DNA from: Malacoraja senta
Lineage: Eukaryota
Direction: 5' to 3'
NCBI GenBank assembly: GCA_038087875.1
Contig: CM075988.1
Span: 20,524,001-20,588,000 of the forward strand
Length of the DNA: 64,000 nucleotides
Position numbers and translations under genes: made by a program. The notes beneath the pieces are model-generated. The model worked only from the letters and a program-made list of their open reading frames with translations. It ran no database searches and was not told the origin of the DNA. Below, in pieces: positions 23,177 to 36,373 of this stretch (position 1 is the first letter of the stretch; every line of letters begins with the position of its first letter).

Positions 23177-23177
23177 A
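21801..23177 (+). pseudogene. CR1 ORF2 reverse transcriptase fragment, catalytically altered
   Basis: Motifs QHGFTKGKSC, YLDFQKAFDKVPH and GVPQGSVLG. The catalytic FADD is FADG here (GGC at 22254-22256) but FADD in the sister copy at 63761-63772. Confidence 0.85.
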
Positions 23178-23389
23178 GTACAAGTATGACTATAAATAAG
23201 CACTTACATATCAGATAAGCATCTCAGATAATTATTAAGAAATTAAAAGATCTACCTATTTTAATATTACAAATGCATGTTATTTATTTTTTCTAAATGT
23301 TTAATAAAATGATCAATTCAACATATTGATTGGATCAGAACAATATGGTAATAGATCAGAATTTTATGACAAGATCAGACAAGATCAAT

Positions 23390-23540
23390 TACATTGCCGC
23401 TTACAGGAGCTTTCTGTGCGCAAATTGGCTGCTGTGTTTTCTATGCTTCAATAGTGACTTCAATAAATACCTCACTGGCTGTAAAAGGTTTTAGGAATCC
23501 AACAAGCAAAGTAAAGCACTGGAGAACTGCAAGTTTATCT
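23390..23540 (+). mobile_element. DeuSINE 3' remnant
   Basis: 'ggagctttctgtgcgcaaattggctgctgtgttttcta..agtgact..ctggctgtaaaagg' resembles the SacSINE1/AmnSINE 3' half as I recall it. Similar remnants at ~48150-48350 and ~56008-56220. Confidence 0.55.
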
Positions 23541-24694
23541 CTGAGGCCACAAGAAGGAAGAAATGGCAACAAAAAGGAGATTTATTTATCTTTCTGCAGC
23601 TTGCGAATGTCAGGAAAATGGTGATACTTGAAATGTAAATCTGAGACTTTGAGGTTTAGTTTCCACAAGAGTCTCTGATAAATAAACCAAATTAAAAAGA
23701 TAACACTATGGACCCCGTTGAGAAATGATATATGGGCTTGTAATTTAGGTCTGGATTCTTGTACAATCTACTCTCTGTGGAGAACACATCCATCAACGTA
23801 CTGTAAACTGGAGACGCAAGAGTCAGCACCTTAGTGCGAGCACAAGGCCCTGAAGCTGCTGACGATGCTGCAATGCTGCAACAGGGAAACAAGGAACTGC
23901 GGATGCTGGTGGGGGGGCCATTAAGAACAAAGGGGGGACCCGGCAGGGGGATGAGGGGGAGAGAGGGAGGGGCTGCCTGTCGGCAGAGTGCGGCGGCAGA
24001 CAGTAGACAGGACAGTTCGATGAACCTTTGAAACTTTGTCGGCACCTAAATGTGGTGACACTTGTGTACTGTCTAGGTGAGGTCTACTGTAGGATTTTAC
24101 CGGGTTTAGTTTAGTTTAGTTTAGAGATACAGCGCAGAAACAGGCCCTTCGGCCCACCGAGTCCACAAAGACCATCGATACCTGCACATTAACACAATCC
24201 TACACACACTAGGGACAATTTACATTTATACCAAGCCAATTAACCTACAAACCTGTAGGTCTTTGGAGTGTGGGAGGAAACAGAAGCTATGTATGTTATA
24301 TATATATCTATATTACTAAAAGTCTGATCTTGACCACTTCCTGTTGTTCTCTATATTGATTTTAGAAAAAACGCTGCCAGTTACAGCTGTGATTTTTGGC
24401 CATCATACTCAGAGCCCCCCTCCGCTGTGCAGGACAAGAGGATTTTTCCCATCGATGAAAAATGAAAGAGTTATTAGTATTTAAAAAATGTTGAGATTCT
24501 CTCTCCTGAAGGCCACGCCCCTTCCAGAGGGACTATAAAACCCGGAAGTGTTGAGTGCCTCAGTCAGTATCTGCAAGTTGGGGGAGCGAGAGGGTCACGT
24601 CTCTCAGTCTGAGCTGTGAATAACACTGAACACATGTCTCCTAAACTGTGAGTGTGGTTTTACTGACGTTGAGTGCCCTTAATGTGGTTTGAAA

Positions 24695-24870
24695 ATGAAG
24701 TGGTGGTTGGTTTGAAGTGAAGCACTGCAAATGGCTGTTGGTGGTGGTTGGTTTGAAGTGAAGTACTTCAAATGGCTGTTGGTGGTGGTTGGTTTGAAGT
24801 GAAGTACTTCAAATGGCTGTTGGTGGTGGTTGGTTTTAAATGCTGCACTGCAAATGGTTGTTGGTGGTGG
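24695..24870. repeat. 41-bp minisatellite (~4 units)
   Basis: Unit gttggtggtggttggtttgaagtgaagtacttcaaatggct. Confidence 0.9.
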
Positions 24871-25270
24871 TAACTGGACAAATACCTGTTTGCACTGTAT
24901 ATTGATTTTTAGATAAAACGCTACCACTTACGGCTGTGATTTTTGGCCATCTTACTCAGTCTCCCTCCGCTCATCAGGTGCAGAGGATTCTTCCCATCAA
25001 TGAAAAATAAAAGTCTTATTAGGGTTTAAAAAAATGTTGAGAATCTCTCCTGTCAATCACGCCATGAAGGCTATGCCCCTTCCAGTGGGAGGGGGGAGGG
25101 ATTATAAAACCCGGAAGTGTGGGTGTGGCTCAGTCTCTGCAAGATGGGGGAAGGAGAGGTCACGACTGTCTGAGCTGTGAATCAACTGAACACACTGAAT
25201 GTCTACTGAACTGTGAGTGTGGTGTTTATATGGTGTTTTGTGTGGTTTTATGGCAGTTTTATGGTGGTTT

Positions 25271-25815
25271 CACCCTGCTTGAAATGGTATGAAACTGCAT
25301 TTGAATGTGGTGGCCTTGCATCCTGCATGAAATGGTATGAAACTGCATTTGAATTTGGTGGCCTTGCACCCTGCTTGAAATGGTATGAAACTGCACTTGA
25401 ATTTGGTTGTCTTGCACCCTGCTTGAAGTGGTATGAAACTGCACTTGAAGTTGGAGGCCTTGCACCCTGCTTGAAATGGCATGAAACTGCACTTACATTT
25501 TGTGGCATGGCACCCTGCTTGAAATGGCATGAAACTGCCTTGCATTTGGTGTCCTTGCACCCTGTTTGAAGTGGTATGAAACTGCACTTGAATTCGGTGG
25601 CCTTGCACCCTGCTTGAAGTGGTAGGAAACTGCACCTGAATTCGGTGGCCTTGCACCTTGTTTGAAGTGGTATGAAACTGCGCTTGAATTTGGTGGCCTT
25701 GCACCCTGCTTGAAGTGGTAAGAAACTGCACTTGAATTTGGTGGCCTTGCACCCTGCTCGAAATGGTAGGAAACTGCATTTGAATTTGATGGCTTTGCAC
25801 CCTGCTTGAAATGGA
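25271..25815. repeat. 48-bp minisatellite (~11 units)
   Basis: Unit ccctgcttgaaatggtatgaaactgcacttgaatttggtggccttgca. Confidence 0.95.
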
Positions 25816-28800
25816 ATTTCAAGGAATAGCCGTGAGTGTTTAAAGAGTACTACGTTTACATATCTGTTGTGCTGCTGCAAGCAGAAATTGTATTGTTCCG
25901 TCTTGGGACATATGAGTATAAAACACTTGACTCTTGACTATGACAGCGGTGTTTTTGTGAGAACCCTCTGTGTGCAGCTGGTTGCTGTGTTTCCTTCACT
26001 ATAACTACGGCCAGACCAAAAAAACGTTGTTATCTATAATGTGCTTTGGAATGTTGGAGATTACACAAGTACCAGAGAAATTGAAGCCGTTTTTATTTTG
26101 CAAAGCCAAGTATCTGGGCTGCAGCCCCCATGCTACATCTGGTCGGAGCGATCTCAGTTTTGTTTCTGTTTTTTCGATCAGTTTTCAATAGCTCTCTTCT
26201 GTGCGTGGCTGTTCCTGCTCTTGAAGTTATTCCCCACATCACTGGATTGGATAATAAGCATTCCCCACTGCACTCCAGTCAGATTTTATCAAAATAAACT
26301 TCTTAAGGGATGTTGCTCAGAACACACACAGAAACAGATTGGTATCAGTAACACTCAGCCTCATGGTTTCCTTTCTGCACTGTAAGCAAATGGGGTGTGC
26401 AGCGCTGTCCAACAAAAACAGGTCACTCCACGGACATCTCCCTAGCTTCTCCCCCATCTCTCCGCCTCTACATGCCCCACATCCCTGTCACAGCTGTGTT
26501 CAGTTACTAGAACACCCTGGCTGTACAACTAGGATACGTAAGATGTATCACACTCCCAGATCGTTCTCCTAGAAGGAGGGCTTATTATAACAGCCCTGCA
26601 AAACCAGACAACAGGGAGAAACCGTGCATCAGATGAGAGAGACCCAAGCTTGTGATGATTATTTAATTGGTGTAGGGAGAACAAATCTGTGGATTGCACA
26701 ATAAATCCATCGAACGCGGTTATAAGAAAGGTTCTTGTGGTTAGTGCTTCGTCTTAATCTTTTTTCAGCAAAAATAAGATGAAATAATAATTTGGCACCT
26801 GAAAAACAGAAGCTCTGATGTTCCTATTTTGTTTTCTGTTTATTTCTAAGGAGGTTGCAATAGATGTGACGCTTCCTACATCTCCTTCATCATTTGGTTT
26901 AGGTGTAATTCAGAGCAGGTGTTATACCAATCATAGATCTATACATCATGGACACAGGCCCATCGGCCCACCTTGCCCATGCCAACAAAGCTGGCATATT
27001 GGGCTAGCCTCATATTCCTCTACACCCTTCCTATTCAAATATCTGTCCAAATATATTTTAAATGTTCTCCTCTTCTATAAGCTTCCTCTGGCAGCTCATG
27101 CCAGATGCAGACTAATGTTTGAATCTACAAGAAAGTTGCTCTTAATTCTCTCCTCTCTCACTTTAAGCCGATGCCCTGTAGTTTTTGAATACTCTATCCC
27201 GGAGAAAAAGAATGGGAGCATTCACTTTATCCATGCCCCTCATGATCGTGTACACTTCAGTAAGGTCACCCCTTCGGCCTCCCATGCTCCAAAGAAAGAA
27301 GTCTCAGTCCATCCAACCTCTCCCTTCATTCAAATCCACAAGCCCAGGTAACATCTCAGTGAAAGTCTTTTGCACCTTGTCCAACTTAAAGGCATCTCTC
27401 CTGTAGCTCGGTGACCTGAACTGCATACAGTACTCTGTGGGATCTCACCGATGACTTGTAGTTAGATCATGTTGTCCCAGCTTTTATGCTCAATACCCTT
27501 CCCAATGAAGACAAGCATGCCAAAGGTCTTCTTCACCACGCTGTCCACCTTGCTCGCCACTTTCATGGAACCATGCACCCTTACGCCCCAATCTCTCCCA
27601 GGCATCTCCAGTTAAGATTATATAAAGGAAAAATATTGAAGCAGTTATGGCTATATTGTTTATATTGAAGCAGCCTGATGAAGTGATTTGGTATTGTTAT
27701 TCATGCATTTATAATATATCTACCCAATATGGCCACAGTCAAGAGACTCGGGTTTCGGGACGGACCTAGAACTCACAATCTTCCCACTGAGAGCTGAGAA
27801 CAAAACTAGCACCACATGAACTGCACCGTCAGTAGTGACGCCGACAAATCTGCCCCTCTCTTTCGCCCCATTTCGCTCCTGACGTTTGGAGGAAAAGCAG
27901 GACGTCTTTCCCGCACACACTTCACGTGAACCCTGACCAAGAACATTTCATATGAGTTGACGGAAAAGCAGGGGGTGAATCAGGCCGAGCCATTCAATAA
28001 CTGATGGGCAGATCAATAAAGTGAATAAAGTAAAAGTTCCAGCACTGAGCCCCCGAGAGTCCTTCTTTGCTTGTTTCTCAACAGGAGGGGCATTATAAAA
28101 GTAGTAAAACAAAGACGGCAAATAAGTAACAAATGTTTGAACCCAGTGACTGAATCAGACTTGGAAGAACATTGAGATTATTGCCAACTATCCATGAAGT
28201 GCACTCAGTGACTGCAAACTCCCACCAACCTCCCCATGTAAACTCACAGCTCTCACAGCAATGACCTAGATTTTAAGCTGCAAGAAATTCACAAATTCAA
28301 TCAGGAATTGGAACTCTCAGATTGAGAATTACCACACAACTTAAATTAGTCCAACCAAATATTTCATTGTAAATTCCTCACATTACTTTTGAGAAACAAT
28401 TGATTTTTACAAATGCAGAGATGACAGATAAATAGAAGAGCCTTAAACTGAGGGTTTTACTGACTTTAAAAAAATATACTGTGTGCGATATTTATGTAAA
28501 ATAACGTGATGAATAAACGTAAGTAAAAGTGAATGTGGTGTTGATTAACTTGATGTGATATTTGCGTAGATGTGTCTTTCACACTGCCCACCAATACTCA
28601 AACGGAAGTCTCAACCGATTTCAGATTAGCAAGTCAATGAATCCATAAAAGGAGCAAAGTGGTTTACATCAAACTTGTTAAGTCGTTGCTAATTTTACAT
28701 CACGAGTGTTTATTTGTCATATGCACCGGATATGAATAGAAGTGATTAAATTTTTACTTGCTGCAGCTTTACGGGCACTTTATACTCAACAATGAAAAGT

Positions 28801-29018
28801 ATAGGATAAATTATCAGTTATTCTGTGTAAACAGGAACATGAAAGTGCAAAAAACCATTGCGCAAGCGTAATAGTGCAAAGTCCGTAGTGGTTAGGTAGG
28901 GTTGTGGTAGAATGCCCAGAAACGAGGAGATTACAGAGTAGATAGACTGAACAGTGGTCTCAATCGAAAACGTCACCTATTCCTTCTCTCCAGAGATGCT
29001 GCCTGACCCATTGAGTTA

Positions 29019-29513
29019 AGGGCCTGTCCCACGAGCATGCGACTGCATGCGGCAAGCGCGACCTAACGTGGTCACGCTGGCCGTGCGGCCTCGCGGGGCC
29101 GGTCCCACTTCGATCGCGGGAGCCGCATGGAGTTGTGCGGAGCTGGTCCCGAAATCGCGCGGGGCTCCGAGAAACTGACAGTGTTCAAAAATTCCGTGCG
29201 GCAAAGGCCTGCCGACCCGCTGCTGCATGGAGGCCGCACGTACCGCCTCGACGGCGTACGCATCGTCCCGACGCCGTATGCAGCGTCTTGACGCCGTACG
29301 TCATGCGCAAACTTCCCGCGGACTTCGCTCGAACTTCACGTCAATCACTCGACCTCCGCGCGGCCCCCGCTTCCGGTTTGGTCGCGCTCGCCGCATGCAG
29401 CCGCATGCTGGTGGGACCGGTCCTGTACGGGGATCACTCGACTTCCGCACGGCCCCCGCTTCCGGTTTAGTCGCGCTTGCCGCATGCAGTCGCATGCTCG
29501 TGGGACTGGCCCT
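29019..29513. mobile_element. Harbinger/PIF-type MITE, family B, inserted in a PLE pseudo-LTR unit
   Basis: TIR AGGGCC(T/A)GTCCCACGAGCATGCGACTGCATGCGGCAAGCGCGAC. TSD TTA (29016-29018, 29514-29516). Removing it restores 'tgagTTActccagcattttgtgtc', as seen in other copies. Confidence 0.9.
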
Positions 29514-32500
29514 TTACTCCAGCATTTTGTGTCTGTCTTTGGTGTAAACCAGCATCTGCAGTTCCTTCCCACACAGATTACAAAGAGTGCCCTGTCCATC
29601 ATAGGTACTGACCTTCCCACCATCAAAGCGATCTATAGGAGGTGCTACCTCAGAAAGGGAGCCAGTATCATCATATACCACCTGGGCCACACTCTCATTT
29701 CACACCTACCATTGAGAAGAAGGTATAGGAAAAGGTGTATATGAAAATCATGACCACCAGCTTCTTCCCAACAACCATCGGGTTCTTGAACACAATCCAA
29801 CACTAACCTCAACTATAAACTACGGGTTTTTGTACTTCATTTTTCTTTTGCACTCTTATTGGCATGATTAGTTTATTGAATTTTTGTTGATGTTTTATCT
29901 GAATATTGCTGTAAAAAGCTTTATGCAATACATAGATACAGGTGAAACTAAACTAAACTGTAAATATTGTGTTTAGAGGTTGTTAAGGCAGGTACAGGAT
30001 ACTGAGTTGGATGATCAGCCATGATCATATTGAATGGCGGTGCAGGCTCGAAGGGCCGAATGGCCTACTCCTGCACCTATTTTCTATGTTTCTATGTTAA
30101 CCTGCTGCAAGTAAGAATTTCATTGTTCTGTGGTCGGTACATATGACAATTAAATACTCTTGGTTAGAGTTGTGCGGAATGGTTCTAGGACTTGAAGGTT
30201 GCTGGGAAGAAGCTGAAGGTCACCATTCTCAGACTCCTGTACCTTCCTCCCGATGGTAGTAACGAGATGAGAGCATGGGCCAGCTGGTCGTCGGTGGTCA
30301 TTGAGGAATGTCGCTCAGTTCCTCTTGGCCGCCAGTATTATCAATGTCCTTTTACGGATGACGGGGGTCTTGGTCCATTGTAGATGAGGGTGTCCGTGAA
30401 AACTCCAGCCAGTTGGTCCACGCAGGTTTTGAGAACATGCCCAGGTACACCATCAATCCGGATGCTTTCAAAGAAGGATTCCGTTATTGGTGTCTAGACT
30501 CAGATGACAGAGTTGTTTAGAGTTGCAGGAGTTCATGAAGGTACATCATTGTTCTCTCTTTGGAAGCGAGCATAGAAAGCATTCTCATCTGGGCGTGATG
30601 TGTCACTATCACTTGACCTACTTGGGTCATCTTGTAGGAAGTAATGGCGTGCAAGCTTTGCCACTGTAGCCGAGTGCCCATCTGAGCCTCCAGTTTGGTC
30701 CAGAAATGTATCTTTGTATTGTCAAAGGCCTTTTGGAACTCATAGCTGGATGTCTTGTATGACTCTGGTCATGATTCCAGATTACTTGATTTGAACGCTG
30801 CAGATCTGACCTGGATCCATTCAGAAGTCTGATAACAGAGGGGAAGAAGCTGTTCCTGAGTCTGGTGTTGCGCACTTTCAAGCTTCCACTGGATGAGAAC
30901 AGGGAGACGAAGGAATGATCGGGATGGGACATCTTAGATTATGTTGGCTACTTTTGCAGTGGGAAGTGCAGATGAAATCAATGGTGCGAAATCTGGATTA
31001 TTGTGACGGACAGGGCTATATCCACAACTCTCTGCAATTTCTTGTGATCTTGGGCAGAGCTGTTCCCAAATCAAGCTGTGATGCTTTCTTTGGTGCATCT
31101 GTAGACGTTTGCGAGAGCCATTGACAACATGGCAAATTTCCTCTGTCCCCTCAGGAAGTAGCAGCGCTGGTGTGCCACCTTGTCCGGCACGCCATTGTGG
31201 TTGCTTCACAACAGATCTTTGGTAATATTAACGCCAAGGAACTCGAACCTCTCAATCATTTCCACTTGCGCACCATTGGGACATGTACTCCACCATGAAC
31301 TATCTTCCTCAAGTGGTAATTTTCAAGTCTTCCATGTTTAGAAACTTAATTTGTTACATTGTGAAGTGTCCGATGTAATTTCCTCACTAGCTATGAATGA
31401 TTTTGATAATCTTGTCGAAAAGATTCTCCTAATCCTGGTTGTCATTGAGCTTTTCGGTAATATTGGGCTCCGTGGAACGTGGGCCTGCGTAATTGCTCCA
31501 TCGCTGAAATAATAGAGCAGAGGCAATTAAGTTGGGCTAATTGCATACCTGGCCACATGAAGAATTCCACTGCCTCAAGTCATGTCTCATTAACTCCCCT
31601 CACACAAAATTCCTGATCCAAACACAACACTTAAATTCAGCATCCCAACCCAGCCATAAATGATTCCCTAATTATTTGCTTCATAATACTTAGCACAGCA
31701 AGTCTAATTAATCAGCTGCTAAATGTGGCCAAGGAAACAGGGAGACATTGTTGAAACTGTTGAGGAATTTTTTGATTGGCGAAAGGGGAATAAAGCTCAT
31801 TGGGCCTCCCGGCCAATTATGCCCGCACTCAACAGTTAAAAATATTATACCCCTCGGGATGTTTGACGCTACATATTATGCACTTTTGAAAAGTCCAGCA
31901 TTGTTAAGGGACAGTTTCATATACTTACTGATTGACACTTCTATTAACACATAGAACAGTACAGCAGGAACAGGCCCTTCAGCCCACAATGTCCATGCTG
32001 AATGTGAAGCTGCCAAACTGATCCCCTTGGCTAACACGTAATCCATTTCTTTCCAATCCTTGTACATCTACATGCTCATCTACAAACCTCTTAAATGCCC
32101 TACTTAGCCTATTTTGTATTTCTGTTTTCAGAAATGTCTATTCAATTTTCCGAGAGAAACAAGGCTTTAAATAGCTCTGTGGAATTTGTAATTGAGGCAT
32201 TTCAAACATAGCGTGTCTGAAATTAATAACTGTAGAAACAAAGAACTGCAGATGCTGGTCAATACACAACAGGACAAAAAGTGCTGGAGTAACTCAGCAG
32301 GTCAGGCAGCATCTGTGGATAACATGGATAGGTGATGTTTCGGGTCGGGACCCTTCTTCAGACCAGTTAATTACTCTGTTCCTGTATCTATGAATCAAAA
32401 TCTTTCTTCATTTCTCTTTGTTATCAAGTAATAATTCCAGTGAATTTAATTCTTCTTCTTATCGAGTCCACACACAAGATTAAAAGTTGTTCAGCTTGAC

Positions 32501-35500
32501 CGAACTAGAATCCCACCCGCTCCTGATGAGGCCATGATCCTTTTCCCATTGCAGGCACCCAACTGGATTGCGCATACCCATTGTACCCTCAGAGGGATTG
32601 AGACCATTGGTGGTTTTCTTGAAGCAGGTGGGTACCAGAACAGAGTACGGAGAGATTAAAGATGTCCACGAATAATCCCGCCAGCTGGACTGCGCAGCTA
32701 CTAAGGACACAGCCAGGAACTTTGTCTGGTCCAGTTGCTTTTCATGGGTTTACCCTCAGGAAGGCTTATCTAACCTCTGCTACCCTGGGGAGATGCACAC
32801 CAGAGTTTGAAGGGCCAGGTGTCTCTGCCCTGTTGGCCTTCTACTTGAAGTGAGCATAGAAATAGGAAGGGACAGAGCATCTCAGCATAAAAATGTATTC
32901 ACATGTACAGTGGACGTACGAAAAAGTGTAAGGGTATTCAAAGATCTGTATCTGAGTGCAACAAGATGGGTGAGTTGGCAGCACAGATACAAAATAAATA
33001 GATAAGTAAAAGTGGTAGTGAGAATCAGCCGTGATCTTACTGGGTTTAGAGCAACTCGAGAGGCACTGACCTGCTCTTTCCTGAATCCTACACTGAGGAC
33101 ATCAGCTCTAGAATTTTACAGAACATCATTTCAACTTTCCAATCCGATACCTTCGCCATAAAACGGAATTCTGATAAATGTTCGTCCAAAAGCAAATTAA
33201 ACAACAGTTTGCAGTCTGATTGAGTTTTATCACCATTACATTCCTGAGTGTAATAAATCTTGGAATTTCTCCCAGGGCCTGAAGGCTGCGATTAGTTTGT
33301 CTGAGAGCTTGCGAGTCATTTGGTGATATTGTGGAGAGTATGAAAGTGTGTTGGAGGCTCAGCTCCAGCTCCCCAACAAATAATGCATTAAATCTCGAGG
33401 CCAAGGCACCCACACACAACAGACCCACAGAGTCTGGTTTTGAGAAGTAGGCTAATGAATTTGAACACAACTAGCTGGAACACTCCACAGACAAGCGGGT
33501 GAAAGTTGGGCTGCATTTTATCTAGTTATAATTTATTCATATCAATAAATATTATTTACATCAGTCTTAATTTAGTTGATCCCCCCCCCGTCCCATTCCA
33601 ATTTATGAAACTCCCTCTTCATTACCACAGCACATTGTGTAATCTACCACCACCACAGGCCAGCAACAGCGCACATACGTCCTCGTCTGCAACTCGGTTG
33701 ACGGTAAAGATAAGCTTGTAATCACTGAATGGCCTTCACATGTGCTCTTATAGAGGTGTATGGGGGGGAATTGATATGGTGAATGCACAGAGTCTTGGTC
33801 CAGGGTGTGGGAATCAAGAACCAGAGGACATGAGTTTAAGGTAAGAGGGGGGACATTTAATGGGAAAATTAAGCGGCATCATTTTCGCTCAGTAGGGTGG
33901 TGGGTAAATGGAACGAGCTGCCGCAGGGGGTAGCTGAGGAATTGGATTTAAACATTTTGATGGGCAAATGGATAGGAAAGGTTTAGAGGGATATGGCCCA
34001 AATGCAGACAAATGGGTCCAGCCTAGCTGGGGCATTTTAGTCGGCATGGACAAGTTGGGCCGAAGTGCCTGTTTCCATGCTGTATGGCTCTATGACTCTC
34101 TAACTATCAGAAGGGTTATGGGGAAACCACCGTATACTAATGCCACCTTATTCTCTCTATATTCATGTCAAATCACACATCCAACCTCCCACTTAGTTAA
34201 ATAATTTAATTTGTCTAACAGTGTGTCATGTAATCCTCATTCCGAGAAAAAAGTCTGATGTTACAGAGAGAAATGGAATAGATTTTAACATGGTTGTAAT
34301 TATTGGCATTAAGTAATTAATGTGAATTAAGAATTTGTTGGTCGACAAAAATGCTGGAGAAACTCAGCGGGTGAGGCAGCATCTATGGAGTGAAGGAAAT
34401 AGGCAACGTTTCGGGTCGAAACCCTTCTTCAGACTGATGTGAGGTGGGGGAAGGGGGGGAGAGAAGAAGAAAGGATGAGGTGGAGCTAGTGGGCTGAGGG
34501 AGAGCTGAGAAGGGGAGGAGAAGGTAGGGACTACCTGCATTTGTTTCTGGTTCCATTACAATCATTTACAAAAGTTCTTAACAAGCTTTCTGATGCACTC
34601 TTGCACAAAATGTTATCACTCCTTGATGTGCAGTTGGCTAACACAGAAGAAATATCTCAAAATATTGTTTAACGAGCCTTGACCTGATACTGGGCATTTA
34701 GTTGGATCACATGCTCACACTTGCAACCTCTGACTGTTCTCCCACACTTAATCATGAGCACAGCTCTGGAGAAAGATCAGTGCTAATACTTTATATTATG
34801 TTCCACTTCATTTGTTCACTCGGAATGTAAAATTGGTAATTATTTCAGAGAGTGCAGAAGAGGTTGGCCAGAATGCTGCATGGATTAGGTGGCATTAACT
34901 ACAAGGACAGGTTGGGGTAACTAGTATTGTTTACCCTGGAACGCCAGAGGTTGAGGGGAGACCTGAGAGATCCGTATAAAATTGTGGGAGGCATAGATAA
35001 GGTAGACAGTCAGAAGCATTTTCCCAGGATGGATATGTCAGAGACATTGGGCGGCACAGTGGCGCAGTGGTAGAGTTGCTGCTTCAAAGTGCCAGAGACC
35101 CGGGTTCGATCCTGATCCAGAGCTGTCTGTAGGGAGTTTGTACATTCTCCGGTTGACCGCGTGGTTTTTCTCCGGGTGCTCCGGTTTCCTTCAACGCTCC
35201 AAAGGCATACAGGTTTGTAGGTTAATTGGCTACGGTAAGTTGTAAAATTGTCCCTAGAGTGCAGGAACGTGTTATTGTACTGGGTGATCATTGGTCGACA
35301 TGGACTCGGTGGACCAAAGGGCCTGTTTCCACGCTGTATCTCTAAAATCTAAAGTCAATACTAAATGGCAGAGCTTGAAGGCGAGAAGGTCAAAGTTTAA
35401 AGGAGACGTGTGGGGCATTTGTTTGTACAGAGGGTAGTGGGTGCCTGGAAAATTTAAGGTGAGAGGGAGAACGTTCAAGGGTCAAGAGTTTTTGTTGTCA

Positions 35501-35621
35501 TATGTCCCAGATAGAACAATGAAATTCTTACTTGCAGCAGCACAACAGAATGTGTAAACATAGTACTCTGTAAAATATAATAATGAGAGAGAGAGAAAAA
35601 AAGTCCAGTGTGTATATATAA

Positions 35622-35761
<140 letters not shown>

Positions 35762-36279
35762 GCACACATATATATGCACACATACGTACACACAAAAAAA
35801 CCAACAATCAAACAAACAATAATAATGATAAGAACAATGAATGTGCAGGCCTGCAGCACACTGCCAGGGATGGTGGTGGATGGAGATCTGATAGTGGCAT
35901 TTAAGAGGCTTTTAGATAGGCACATGGATATGCGTGCAATGGAGGGATATGGATCACATGCACAGGCTGAGGAGATTAGTTTAACTTGGCATCATATTTG
36001 GCACGAGCATTGTGGAATGAAGGACATGTTCCTGTACTATTCTGTGTCTATATCCCTTCCTCCGATTGAGGCATTTGAAGAAACTTCCAACTTTCACGGT
36101 GGGCCAAAGGGCCTGTTCTTGTACTGTACTTTTCTATGTTCTATGTTTATTATTTATTGTCATGGTTGGGTTTCTTAACGTTGAATTTCTCATGATTCTG
36201 AAATTGCAAGTTAGCAAGTTAAGAACATGGCATGACTGGTGGACATTATGCATTCTAAATGACAGCAGGGAGAAGTGTA

Positions 36280-36373
36280 TCGGTCAGTATGGGAATGGGA
36301 AGGGGAGTTCAAATGGTCAGCAACTGGGAGATCCATTAGGCCTTGGCGGACCGAGCGCAAGTGCCTGGCGAAA
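36280..36373 (-). mobile_element. PLE GIY-YIG endonuclease fragment
   Basis: Minus strand FARHLRSVRQGLMDLPVADHLNSPSHSHTD, homologous to 40474-40770. Confidence 0.7.

Larger units (their letters stand above)
24307..25836 (+). mobile_element. 3'-truncated non-autonomous Helitron relative with an internal duplication and minisatellites
   Basis: Starts TCTATATTACTAAAAGT after an A, like 9201. Shares 'tttttggcca..ctcagagccccctccgc..gatttttcccatcgatgaaaa..ggactataaaacccggaagtg'. That module is present twice (~24352-24660, ~24898-25225). No hairpin/CTAG end found. Confidence 0.7.

Noticed and set aside
25213..25880. Repetitive ORFs in several frames
   Set aside because: By-product of a 48-bp minisatellite; no evidence of coding function.
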